From positions 4,216,001 to 4,280,000 of the forward strand of contig JBHGNT010000006.1 in NCBI GenBank assembly GCA_043228905.1: DNA of 64,000 nucleotides, written 5' to 3'. This document shows, in pieces, positions 1-11,846 of the stretch. Under the pieces are notes generated by a model. That model was given only the letters and a program-made list of their open reading frames with translations. It did not search any database and was not told where the DNA came from. Every line of letters begins with the position of its first letter. The stretch's first letter is position 1. This DNA comes from Azolla caroliniana (taxonomy: Eukaryota > Plantae > Polypodiophyta). A program made the translations under genes and the position numbers.

Positions 1-4
1 ACTT

Positions 5-504
5 GTATCAGAGCGACAAGTGCAAAGATGGAAGGAAGTGTGAGTGGATTTCTAGGAATGATGGTCCTAAACTCACACAACTACGCAGACTGGAAGATCA
101 AGATGGAAAATATTCTCATAGTCAAAGATTTGTACGAGCCCATCGATAGAGAAGAAATGCCCACGGGGGTATTGGAGTCTGAATGGAAACTCCTCAACAT
201 GAAGGTTGTGGCCACCATCAGACAATGCGTAGATGTAAGTGTCCTTCAAAAAGTGGCGAACGACACAAATGCCTACGAGATGTGGTAGAAGTTGTTAGGG
301 CTCTACGAGAGAAAGAATGCCTTGAACAAGACATATTTGATGAGGAAGATCGTACAACTGAAGTACAGGGAATGAGAAAGCAGAATGGAACACATCAACA
401 CATTCATGGGGCTAGTAAATCAACTTGCGGCAATGAAGTTTCCCTTGGATGATGCTATGCAGGCCTTGCTGTTGATGTGTACCTTGTCGAACAATTGGGA
501 GAAC
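5..504 (+). mobile_element. Decayed Ty1/Copia element, PBS plus gag 5' fragment
   Basis: TGTATCAGAGC (tRNA-iMet PBS variant) at 5-15, followed by gag-like ORF pieces (NYADWKIKMENIL...IRQCV...MEHINTF...LLL) broken by stops. Truncated at ~504. Confidence 0.85.
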
Positions 505-912
505 CAAACAATAGCTAGAAGAGGCCCAGAAGACTATTGCGGACTTGGAGCACCACCCGTAGGAAGCAACGGCCTCAACCAACACCACAACTCCCCCCAC
601 ACCCGAAATAGAAAGACTCAATGAGGAGGTCGAAGCTCAAATGACAATAACGGCAAAAGCGAAAAAAGCGGCGGACCTCCCCGAGATGGAGATAGAGCAA
701 CTCCGCTCTGAACTTCGATAGTCGTCGGATAGGGAAACAGACATTAGAGTGAAGGCGAGGAAGGGCATAAAAGTAATACAAGACAAGTTGGATGCCGAAA
801 TTTCAGCCCTCAAACAAACAATCGAAGCGCTCAACAAACAGACATAAGCAGTCGGCCGATCTGAAGGCATCACTCAGGGGCTGCACAAGGCTGCAACGAA
901 AAAGCACCAATG

Positions 913-1475
913 TGTTGGGAAAACCAGGTCCCTCCGGTTTGGGATGAGCCGAATTGAAGAACAAGCTCGACCGAGGCCAAAAATCGATTTTCAAAATTGA
1001 AATCGAGAATCGATTATACCACTGATTCAAAAGACAATATTTGTAAATAGTCCAAATGTGCCCCTTGTGGGCTATACTTGTTAATAGCCAAAAAGTTGTT
1101 TTAGTATATAAACAACTAGGGCAAACATTAAGAGGTAGTTTAATCATTGTTGTATAGTTACACAAAAGGTAGTTGCCTCTGTAACTGTGAGTGAGTGAGT
1201 AGTGAGAGTTAGCCAGTAACTCTACGGTCGTCAGTTTGACGAAGGAAAGCTTAAGGTTGTTGCCTTGAAGCTTATCATTGTCCTAATTATAATGATTTAG
1301 TTTGGAGTTTGAGGACTCCTGTGGTTTTTCCCTTTCGGGTTTTTCACGTAAAGATCTTGTGTCTCAGTACTTGTGTTTTCTGCCTTCTCATTTTTCTGTC
1401 TGTGCACTACCTTTATAGATCTTTGCACCTGAACATTAGAAGTGAAACCAGTTGTGGCCAGTCACGATCCCTACA
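913..1475 (+). mobile_element. Solo LTR (Copia-type)
   Basis: TGTTGGGA...TCCCTACA termini. 5-bp TSD CAATG at 908-912 and 1476-1480. Internal TATATAAA and a GTGGTTTTTCC...TTCACGT motif. Confidence 0.9.
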
Positions 1476-1634
1476 CAATGGTACGAGGAACAGATCAAGA
1501 GTGAGTGCCAGCTATTGAGAGAGGTTCAAGAAGGCTTGCATAAGGAAATGGGCCAGTTAGAAGAATTGCACGAAAAAGAATTGAAGGTCTGGCAAGAGGT
1601 GAAATCACGATACGAGATGCATGCGGCCTCCAAT

Positions 1635-2373
1635 TAGTAATGGGCCCGGTTCGGTTTCGGTTCGGTTTGGTTTCTTGGCCTTCAAACCAAACCAAACCAT
1701 TTATTAATAAAAAAAACCGAACCAAACTGTTTTAAATTTTATGAAGCCATTTAAACCGAACCGTTTACGAAAAATTTAAAACCAAACCAAACTAGTTTAT
1801 CATAAATCAAAACCAAACCAAACAAAACCATTTTTTATTGATATTAATCATTATACTTATTATAAATTTGTGTGAGAAAATCATCATAAATTTATTCATC
1901 ATACTCATCATAAATTTTGTCATCATATTTATTATAAAATTTGTCATTATACTTATCATAATTTTGGTCATCATACTAATCATAAATTTGATCATCATAC
2001 TAATCATAAATTTGATCATCATACTTATCATAATTGATCATCATAAATGAAAAAGAGACTCTACATATAATACATATAAAATTTAATAAGTTAAAACAAG
2101 AGTTTAAAATTAAAAGTTGAAAGTTATAGCTTATAGAAAATATTTATGAGTATTTTTTAACCTATAAACCTATAAACCTTTAAACTGAACCACATAAACA
2201 GAAACCGATAAGCCGCTAAACCGGTCAATTCAAAACCGAACCGAACCGCAACCGAAACCAATTAGTAACATTTGAAACCAAACCAAATTGTTTAGTTATC
2301 TTTGAACCTATAAACCGTTAAGCCACAATTTTTCGGTTTGGTTCGGTTTGAGCCGAAACCGAGCCCATTGCTA
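1635..2373. mobile_element. Non-autonomous hAT-type element (MITE)
   Basis: TIRs TAGTAATGGGC / GCCCATTGCTA. 8-bp TSD CCTCCAAT at 1627-1634 and 2374-2381. Dense AACCG/CGGTT subterminal repeats and an internal ATCAT/ATAAATTT low-complexity array. Confidence 0.92.
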
Positions 2374-2987
2374 CCTCCAATAACAACAAATCACAAACCT
2401 CAAGATCGCCATCCAAGAAATGAGGACGAGAATTGAGATGAACACCGAAAGAATCAAGGTCTTACTAGCAACAAAAAGGGAGCGGTTCACACACCAACTC
2501 ATGGAGTCACTAGACCGAGGTTGGGCCGAATGGGCAAAGCAAGCAGCGGAGCTCCATACCTACTGGGCCGACCCAGAGAATCGGCAGGAAGAGGGCAAGG
2601 GCTTTTATAAATTTAACGAAGAGATCCACGAGGACCTGCACAAGACTATCAAGCCTTGGTTGTCCGCCACTACGAAGAGATCACGCAACTATTGGAGGAA
2701 TTTGGCGACAACTAGATCGAAAGCTCGCTTGAACTTCAGGCATATGAAAAGGAATGCAAACAGGTGGAATAAGGAAAAGGATCAGAAACCATAGTGCCTC
2801 TAAAGAGCGACTGCAGTGAGCACACAACGGAAGACAACGACAACATAGCCCCCTACAACCGCAACAGAAAAGACGGGAAGACCAACATCTGGAAGACACC
2901 ACCACCACATCGAACCCGCCATCAGAGGTGTGTCTGGAACTCTCCGAAACCCTGATGGAAGAAATGCCGCAAGAATAGCCCCGCAAC

Positions 2988-3249
2988 AACCATCCCCTGG
3001 TCAGCCACGACGAAGGAGGCCCGGAACCAGAGCAGATGACAGAAGCCGAATTGGAGCTGGGATGGATAGCCAAAACAACAGCCAAAGCAGAGTCAACAGA
3101 GCCAACCAGCCTCCCCGAACCATCCCCTGGTCAGCCACGACGAAGGAGGCCCGGAACCAGAGCAGATGATAGAAGTCGAATGGAGCGGGGATGGACAGCC
3201 GAAACAACGGCCAAAGTAGAGCCAACAGAGCCAACTAGCCTCCCCGAAC
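2988..3249 (+). repeat. Two-copy ~130-bp tandem repeat
   Basis: CATCCCCTGGTCAGCCACGACGAAGGAGGCCCGG recurs at 2991 and 3121. Confidence 0.9.
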
Positions 3250-3909
3250 CTACGACACTAGAGCCGACAAAGCAAACCGTGACACCCCCCGAGACACCCA
3301 TTGTGGTCCCCATGGACACGGCTCGAACAGAGCTAGCATCCTGCACATTTTCGATGATGCATAAAATTACCTTGTGGATTCGACGATGCAGGAACTTTCC
3401 CATAGTCGTGCCATGTGTTGGCCGCCTTGGACGACCAAGTGGGAAAGGACAAAATGGGAAAAAGACAAAGGGACAGTTACGACCGAACGAAGAATACGGG
3501 TGGGGCCGAAAAGCAGTAAAGAAGACGTAAAACGGCTACGACATTCATGAGGGATAATAGTTCACGCTCTGTACGTAACCGACCATGACCCTATATAAAG
3601 GGCATGGAAAACCTGTAGAAGGGAGTCGTAATTTTTGTATGAAGAACTTTTGAATATAGAATTATTTTGTGTTGAGTTTTATCTGTGTCGAGTCCACGTA
3701 CTTTGTGTGTTAAGCGCGTAACGAGTGGGTTGTAGTTGTAGGCGTAAACCTCCACAATCTCCACAATCGGGATCTCTAGAACAATTCTTGCTCACAACCA
3801 TCTGAACTACGAGTACGAACCTTCACACTCCTTCCCTCGCCACGATACCCCTTGAGCCGAACCCCAAAGGACTGAGGATTCGGCACCGTGTTATCTTATG
3901 TCGGTAACA

Positions 3910-4498
3910 ATGTCATCCATCTGAACAGTTTTGAGCATAACTGCTAGTATGGACCTGGAGATCGAACAATTAGATGTCAAGACAACATTCCTGCATGGGG
4001 AGTTAGAGGAAGAGACCTACATGCACCAACCCGAAGGTTTTGTGGAGAAAGGGAAAGAGAACCTGGTGTGTCAACTGAAGAAACGCTTGTATGGTCTAAA
4101 ACAAGCTCCACTCCAATAGTATAAGAAGTTTGAATCCTTCATGCTGGACCATGGGTTCCACAAAACACAGGCTGATCACTGTGTGTTCATAAAAAGGTAT
4201 GATGAAGACAACTTCTTAATTCTCTTGTTATAGGTGGGTGACATGTTGATATTCAGACAAGATGCAAGGAAGATCAAAAGTTTGAAGAAAGCTTAAAGGC
4301 AAGTCATTTGCCACGAAAGATCTTAGACCGGCCAAACAGATCTTGGGGATGCACATAGTTCGAGATAGAACTAAGAGAGTGCTATGGTTGTCACAAGAGA
4401 ATTATGTGACAAAGATCTTAGAAAGATTCAACATGTCGGAAGCAAAGCCAGTCGGTTCTGTGCTGCCGACAAACTGCAGGTTGAATGCTAGGCAATGC
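3910..4498 (+). mobile_element. Decayed Copia reverse transcriptase fragment
   Basis: QLDVKTTFLHGELEEE..MHQPEGF..LYGLKQAP and MHIVRDR..LWLSQ motifs, with stops and frameshifts. Truncated at ~4498. Confidence 0.92.
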
Positions 4499-4499
4499 G

Positions 4500-5034
4500 T
4501 AAATATACCCCTCTCTACTAACATGCTTAAATAAATGAACACAATTGAGTGTTTGTTTTCTCTTGTTAAGATTGTAGCACTCTTTGGATGATTGTGATTG
4601 TAAGATTAGGGTCATTGTGGATATTAGGATAAGTTAAGAATACTTGAGGCCGTATTGTCTGACAATAGGTCAAACAACCTACTAAGTGCATTTGTACTAC
4701 GCATTTGTCTCCAATATTCTTTGGCAACCTACGAAAGTGCGGCAAACAAGTCTTTTTTTGATCCATGCAATCTTTAATCATGCACATATACCTTTGAATT
4801 GATTGGAGAGCTTGTTGTCGATGATGCATAGCTTTAGATCATTCCAACATTTGACTATCGTGATGATATTTTAATAGATTCTTATAATTCTTTATTTCGT
4901 TAGTTCTACCACACTTCGCCATGCTTTTTAAACTTGCACACACTGAACAAACCCCCATTTGGACCTTACGTAGTATAACCACATTGTTAAACCTCAACAT
5001 CCATAATCAATTGAAATGTAGATATTGTGTATAA
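4500..5034 (-). pseudogene. Sola-like DDE transposase, core fragment
   Basis: Minus-strand reading gives LWMLRFNNVVI..GVCSVC..HHDSQ..HR..YMCMIKDCMDQKKTCLPHF..HLVGCL..HNDPNLTITIIQRVL, then after a short deletion TRENKHSIVFIYLSMLVERGIF. The CxxC, D-MDQ-K--LP and RENK pattern fits Sola-type transposases. The family assignment is from memory of motifs. Confidence 0.75.
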
Positions 5035-8000
5035 GGTGGATCCAACCCCTTCATATCGGTGTAAGACCAAGCGAAAAAATCCTGGTAGTCGGTGAGTAAT
5101 TTTACGAGGCATGCCCGTTCGCCGGTTGGTAGATTATTGGCAATTTGTACCGTACGGGGATTCTCGTCTGAACCGAGGTTTACTGTTTCCAGGGTTGATG
5201 CTTTCACTTGTTGTGAAACGGCGAGTTCGCGTTCGAAAGTCTCCCGAGCATGACGTAGCTCGGCAACTGTGGTTGCATCGGGTTCATCCTGGGGTGGTGA
5301 CTCCTCCGTGACTCCCTCGTCTTTAGATGGCTCGATGGTTGGTAAGACATTGATTTCGAAGAGAGGAATGATCGTGGGATGATCATCTAGGAAGTCATTG
5401 ACCTCCTCATCGGCCAATCCGTCAAGCATATGGACCCCTTCCGCGTATAACGGTGAAGTGTTGAGGGCGACGGGGACTCGTTCTTCAGTGATGATCCGGA
5501 CTTTTGTCTTCCCTCTTCGGAACGATCATGTTGCGTTGCCAATGTTGCTTGATATTCGCTGTACGCAACCACGGTCGACCTAGTAACATTGGGTAGGCAC
5601 CTTGTGTCTCCAGTAGTAGTACGATGGCCGAGATCGTGAACATGTGGCCTTCGAGTGTGAAGTCGAGATGGTGGATTAAACCAATGGGGCGAACGGAGCG
5701 GGTGTCGGCCATCCGAAGCCAAAAGGGGCATGGTTCCCATTGATTCAGGCCGAGTTTGAGACACGTTGATTCGCTAATAACGTTTACGCCGGACCAGCCG
5801 TCGATGATGCATCCGTGCAGGTCTTGTCCCTTAATGATGATTCGCACGGCTGGGTTCTGAGAATCCATGAGTGGTGGACCGGTTCCTGCTTTGGTGAGGT
5901 GTACCGGTGGTGTCACGGCCTTAGTATTGGTTTGTAGTGCCGCCAGGGTGTCCTGAAATCTCGGCATGAGTGGTAGCAGTTTATGTAGGGGCAGCGAGAT
6001 GCGGGAGTTGGTAAGAACATCCCATAGCTGGTTGTCCTCCGACGACGTGGGTGGTGCTGGGGTTTGTGGTACTTCACTGGGCCCGTCCCGCATGTCAGTT
6101 TGCATGCGTGCGACATTATTTTTATTGGCCGTGTCGACCCATTCTTTTGCTGCCTGTCGTACTTCATCCTGGATTTGCCACTGAGTAGTCTGCGCTTTAC
6201 TCTAGGTAGTGACCGTTTGAACATCGGCCATGATACTGTTTACCGCGGGTGCCTTGCCACGGTTGGTTGTCGGACATTGCGTGGCGTAGTGGCCTGGTTG
6301 GTTACATTTAAAACATGTCACGTTGGCCGAGCTGCTGGTGTCCGCTCGGTCTGTGTGTGGAAGCTGTTGTTGTTGATCCTCGATCTCGTTTGGTGGTGGG
6401 TTGTTCCGAGGTGCGTTGGAGTTGCGCTGGTCATGTTGAGGAGCGTCCCGTCGGCGGTTGTGATTAGGTCTTCTGTTGTTGCGTGTGTTGCGATTGCCGT
6501 TTCACCGATCCATGCGTGAGTTCCTTCGGTCATACCGATCATCGCGATAATAATCACGACGATTATCACGTTGGTAGTCGTCGTTTCGGCGCCATCGATC
6601 CAGGGATCGCGGTTGGTCGTTATCCTGGTCGCGGTAGATATATCGCTCGTCTTGCCGAGAGTATGTATTTCGTGGCTCGATCTGGCGGACCGGTGCCGCC
6701 GTTGTGCGGTTCAGCATATTATATTCGCATTGCTCGACCGTGTGAACTCGAGACTGACAGATCGGACACTGTGGTCGGTGGGGACATTCGAGGGCCAGGT
6801 GTCCTGATCCTGAACATGCAGTGCATTGGAGGGCTTGGCGAAAGCGATTGTCCTCATGGGGAAGAGCGTTTTGCAAGGATGTCATCGAGAAGGCCGTGCC
6901 GTGCTGGTTCCGATCGAGGGCGAGAACGCGCGCTATGACTTGTTCGATCGTATGGTTGGCGAAATTTGTAAGTGCGAGAGTCGTTCGTAGAGGCTCTCGT
7001 AAACTGGATAGGAAAGTGTCCGGTATATGTTGTGCCGAGACATCATCGGCCACTTGTCTGTAGAGATCCTGGAACCGGATCGTGAACTGCGCGACCGTTT
7101 CGTGTGGTTCCTGGCATATAGAGAAGAATTGCCGTAGCAGTTCCCGTTTAGGCACCTCGTGATGAAAAAGTTCAAGGAACTTTGTGTGCACGATTTGGAA
7201 AGTGGTGGCCTCTCCTATTTCGAGACGAGAGTACCATCGTGCGGCCGGTCCCTCGAGGGAGAGTGTGAACTCGGCAATCTTCGATGCATCGATTTCGGCC
7301 GGTGTGAGGCGGTGCGTGGAGTGGTTAGCCTGCCACGTGGATATGAAGGCACGAACGTGTGACTCCACGTCAGGTCCATCGGCATATCGTGGGTATTGGT
7401 ACGGCATGATGTCGTACTGTGGTTCTTTTGGTAGCACCGGAAAAGGGTTGAGTTCCGGTTGATTGACCTCCGGAGGGCTCGACGGGGGCGCTGGTGGTGA
7501 ATCCACTCGCGATCGAGTGTCCGGTGGCGAGGATTGCACTGGACAAGCCCCTGATTGATTGGGAAAGGATTGGTCAATGACCGCCGAGTCGGAAGTTCCT
7601 TCGACTAGCTCAGGGCGTCGGGCAGGTGGCCGAGACCTCGTGGTGCGAGAGGGCGCCGTAACAGCGGCTGGTGGTTACCTTCAACGAAGTTCGCTATGCA
7701 CTCACAGCTGTAACCGGGCGTGCCAAATTGTGTTACCCGTTCCTTTGGGTGAACACCTTCGATAGATCTGCGTCTATCGGTCTTCAAGGGCGTGGTACGT
7801 GAAGGCTCGTACAGATGCGCCGAGAGAGATACAGGGCTCAGAGAGAAAACACTAGCGAGGTTTTGATAGACGTGGCGGCATGAAACTCATAAGTATAGAT
7901 CGAAACACAGACTCATGCAGCAAAAATAGGCACAATTAAGATATATTACTATGGCAGAAAAGGATTACAGAACATGGCCTATGGCCGGTGACCTTATGAG

Positions 8001-8346
8001 TTTATCTAATTCGAATGAATAAGCTAGTGCTTCCGCCTATAATTTTCTTCTCCCCCTCTCCTTTCTGAGGTACTACTCCTCGTTTAAATAACTTTTCCCC
8101 TAACACACAGCCGAGCCGTCGGTGGCCCGTGATACTCGGACTCGACGTTTGCTAATTTCCTAATTTTACATTTCTGTCCTCTGGACAACACACATTCTAT
8201 CAACATGGCATCCTTATAAGCTTGGTATACCTCTCGACGAGTGAAGTTATCTGAAATAATGTAATCTTCTAGTTGTAGGCATAATATCACATTGTTTTGA
8301 GAAATACATCTCCATCCACCTAACAACATGGCCTTCGATTAGACCC
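5035..8346 (-). mobile_element. Truncated non-chromovirus Ty3/Gypsy (Tat-like) gag-protease fragment inserted in the transposase
   Basis: Gag 6502-7539 with CTACSGSGHLALEC and CPICQSRVHTVEQC knuckles. Protease IIDGWSGVNVI..LLGRPWL (5485-6105). Pre-RT VNLG..FAWSYTDMKGLDP, cut at ~5035. The 5' boundary is approximate. Confidence 0.85.
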
Positions 8347-8965
8347 TTACTTCCAGATGATAATTATTACAAAATGGTAATATTCAACATGCATTAAACT
8401 AGCCCCTCCTATGTGATCCTGAACTAACTGCATATGTGAAATCAGAAAAGTATCTTGTTCGTCACCATTCAATGATAAATACTTTTGCCGAAATCCCCTT
8501 AAGTTTGCCTTGCCAAAATTTGAAAGGCAAAGACTCCCACAACATGACTTGTTTGTATCCAATGCAATTTGACGTTCGGAAGTTAAAAAGTTGTCTTTTA
8601 CCACTGACTTGCCGAGGAATTCTTCTAAAAGTGAGAGGTTGATTTACGCACGCCTTGTCAATAGACGTATCAACATTTTCATTATGAACACACTGTTTGC
8701 TCACTCCGCTACTACTTAAGTTCAAAGGCTCAATCGAGAAAATTGAATTCGATCTATTCATAACATCACAGTTAGACCTTTGATGTTCCCTATTTTTAAC
8801 ACCTTGGTATTTGTATTCATTGATTGAGAACAACGAGTTGTTGGATAATGTAAAAGGGTCCACAAAAAAAAAAGATATTTTACTCGAAGATGACGACATC
8901 TTCACTTGGCTAGATTAGCTCGAGTTGACAATTTTAGCTCTAGATTATCTTGATAATAGACAACA
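8347..8965 (-). pseudogene. Sola-like transposase, N-terminal fragment
   Basis: ORFs 8462-8905 and 8347-8604 (CCGSLCLSNF..RGFRQKYLSL..EQDTFL..EYY). Same strand as, and upstream of, the core fragment, separated from it by the Gypsy insertion. Confidence 0.65.
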
Positions 8966-8999
8966 TGTCGAGAAATACGAATATAAACATATACAATGT

Positions 9000-9275
9000 A
9001 TTTTGAATTGTTTTTTTTTTCCATTTTTCAAAGTAATTATTTGATTTAAAAATAAATAAATTTTAATATTTTCTAATTATCTTTTAATTTTTTTAATAAA
9101 ATCATTTTTTGGAAAGTCATTATATAAAGGAAAATCTTCACATCATTGCCATTATCGCGTTGAAGAAGTCTAAGAGCTGAGGAGCACATGCATTCAAGCA
9201 ATCTCAAATTCAGCAACCTAGAACACATCATCGGAAGTCAGCAATCATGAACAAGGGGAAACATTTTGTCAGGTA
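9000..9275 (+). promoter_or_regulatory. Putative divergent promoter and 5' UTR exon of the ParB-methyltransferase gene
   Basis: AT-rich tract between the two divergent genes. TATATAAA at 9121. Donor CAG/GTAAG at ~9273 and acceptor TTTTAG at ~9788, just before ATG 9795. Confidence 0.5.
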
Positions 9276-9326
9276 AGATTTTTCAATCAATTCCTAAGAT
9301 TCCAAAAAGATTTCTTTAAGATGATT

Positions 9327-9622
9327 TCTGTTGCAATCCAATGCAGTTCATCGGATTGTGATTGAACGGCAGGGGCCTTCAACGATAATTGGATGTACCG
9401 CATTGGATTTCGGTTGAAGATTGCTGCCTTCAACCACAATCTGATGCAGTGCATCGGATTTTGGTTGAAACCTATGCCTTTCAACGGGATTCTGATACAC
9501 TACATCGGATTGTGGTTGAAGACAGAAGACTTCAACCAAAATCCAATGCATTGCATCGGATTGTGGTGGAAAGGCATAAGTTTCAACGAGAATTCGATGC
9601 AGTGCATCGGATTCCCGTTGCA
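9327..9622. repeat. Array of six ~41-bp palindromes at 51-bp period with 10-nt spacers
   Basis: Consensus TTCAAC-NNN-AATCCGATGCA-N-TGCATCGGATT-NNN-GTTGAA. Units start at ~9327, 9378, 9429, 9480, 9531 and 9582. Confidence 0.93.
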
Positions 9623-11846
9623 CCTATACCTTTTAGCATAAAAAACCGACATTTTTTTTTCATGGTTTACCCAATACTAAGTCCAATATTTGGTTTATTT
9701 TCGACACTTAAAGATGTATTTTTATAAGAAGTATATAGATTTTTTCTCTATTTTAAGTACTTTCGTTAAATATTGTCTTTTCTTTTAGTGAGCCATGAAA
9801 AAAAGTCCCAACTTTCATGCTTAAGATACGGTGTCGTGAAGAAAACCGTCCCTTAGCGCAATCGGTGTATAGCGCGCGCGAACCGGCTCTTCACGCTGTC
9901 GCGTTGTTACGCGCGTGCGTGGAGAAAGGTGGGACCACGGGGGTCTTGGACTAGGGAGTGACGGAGCGTAGGAAGTAGTGCTTCATCGTTTCCGGGGCAT
10001 CCCAGAAGCACATCGGAAGCAACCGAAGGGAGAGAGAGAGAGAGAGAGAGAGCGCTTAACACCGACTCACACACACACACATGCTGACCCGCCTCGCGCC
10101 CTTATGTACAGGAAACGCAGGAAAGGGGAAGCACCCGACACCAACATAGACGCGAATATACACAGACAGACGCAAACGTATATATATATATAAAAGAAGA
10201 ATACATTCCTGGCTTCGAGCCGGACCAAGATAGCTTACAACAGCCGTCTGCTGTGAAGCCGCTGTCGGGGAGCTCTCGGGCCCATCGCGCCAAACGGGGT
10301 CTTGCACAGGAGGCCGAGCCGAAGCAAACCCTAAGTAAATTACAAAGGGGAAGAAGAAGAAGAAGAAGAAGAAGAAGAAGAAGAAGAAACACTAACCCTA
10401 GACTAACGGTATACCCTCTAACGCAAAAAAATGGGCAACCCTTTCACAAAGGGTGTTCCCTCCCTTTTATAGAACAAGGAGAGGGATGTGTTACCATGTG
10501 GGATAAGACCCCGACTTACATGGGATCGTCTGCCCCGACTTGACTACTCTTCGGCGCCATAAAGGCGCCCTCGTTATTCACACTAAATGTACAAGGGTGA
10601 GCACACACGCTGCACCCCGCCGATGTAGCCAATGTTTCCCGGTTTCCGCCTCTGGCCGAAATTCTTCACGACATCCGCCCCCACCTAACTGCACGTCCAC
10701 CGGTACATGCCAAATCTGGTTGAAGGGTGAGAGATTTCGGCCGGTGAGAAATTAGTCTCCCGTGATCCGCATCTCGGCTCGCTGCCGGTTTGATCCGTCG
10801 GCTTCGAGTCTTCCTTCGCGCTCGCCTCCCCGTAGGCTCGTTCGACCCATCGATGGGTCCTCTGCCGCAATCTCCGTAGTACGCGTACTTCCGTTGGCCC
10901 TTGTTCGGCCGTATGAACGCCCCGCTTCCCGCTCTATGCCCGATGTCCTCCGCTTGAGGCATGCCCGTAGTGGCCCGCTTGGCCTCCGTTGTCCAATCGT
11001 GATGTCCTGATGGTCGTCCCATGTTGTTTCGCGTTGCCTTCGTCCTTTCGCCGCCACCTTCCTTCTCCATGGTCTTACATCGCCGCGTCGGCTCGAACCG
11101 CCATGGTCTCTGGAATAGTGTGGAGGATCCCTTTCCGGTCTTCTCCGCACTCGCCTTTCCGCTCCGGCACCTCCGTGTGCCACATACCCTCGTCCGTTGT
11201 TTGGCACTGCCTGTATCACACTCTGGTTCATAGTATGCCTTATCGGCCCCTTTCCAGCCAGATCGTGCATCGCCGCTCACCCACATACTGGTGTCCGTTG
11301 CATCCGAGGAACACCCCGTAGTAGCCCGCTTGGCCCTTCCCGTCTTCGTGCCGCTGCAATAGGTCCTGAGTCTTCCGCTTGCCGTCGTCCCCTCGCCCCC
11401 ACCAGCTTGTCACCCCGGGCTTGCCGTGTTAGTCTTCGCTACTTCGACGGAGCTCCCGAGATCTACGAAGCGAGTGCGGAGGATCCTCCTCCGGCCTCTC
11501 TTGCCATCCCCTGACTCTGACCCTGTGTAGTCCACGAGGCACTTGTCACCTCGTTCCTGGCACCTCCCTTGTGCCGTCTTCCGCTTCCTTTGTTCGGCCC
11601 CGCCCGCGCCGAACACCGTCCCGTAGTCACGCTTCGATCCGGCCCGCTATGGTCACTTGTGAGACTCTTGTTCTGTCCAAGGTGTGCCTTTCTGGCCTGA
11701 CACACCTCCCCGTGTTTGCCGCTACCGGCTCCTTCCGAAACCTCGTGTCGTCGGGTCCCGTTCCCTGCCGCCACCGTCCTTCTCCCTAGGTCTCACGTTG
11801 CCACGTTGGCCGAACTGCCGGGGTCTCCGGATCGGTGTGAGGGTCC

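Larger units (their letters stand above)
505..3909 (+). mobile_element. 3' part of an unclassified LTR-like element with a decayed coiled-coil ORF, inserted in the Copia
   Basis: E/K/Q-rich ORF pieces run on across the solo-LTR and MITE insertions. TATATAAA at ~3592. Ends ...GGTAACA at 3909, directly before the Copia RT resumes (ATG TCA TCC). The left end is lost. Confidence 0.5.

Noticed and set aside
1807-2050. Ile/Met-rich ORFs on both strands
   Set aside because: By-products of the ATCAT low-complexity array inside the MITE.
7860-8350. 5' LTR and PBS of the Tat-like fragment
   Set aside because: No clear TG..CA pair, second LTR or TGG-type PBS could be identified.
9327-9622. CRISPR array
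   Set aside because: Spacers are only 10-11 nt and related to each other, repeats are degenerate, there are no cas genes and the context is eukaryotic. Kept as a palindrome array instead.
9978-10543. Poly-Arg, poly-Leu and ER-repeat ORFs (also 19796-20390)
   Set aside because: Translations of the (GAA)n, (AG)n and (AC)n tracts inside element B LTRs.
10666-11286. 206-aa ORF ending TGGRAVRWGRMS like element A pol
   Set aside because: The shared peptide is explained by nucleotide conservation of the PPT/LTR junction. The rest shows no integrase similarity and the DNA is GC-rich.
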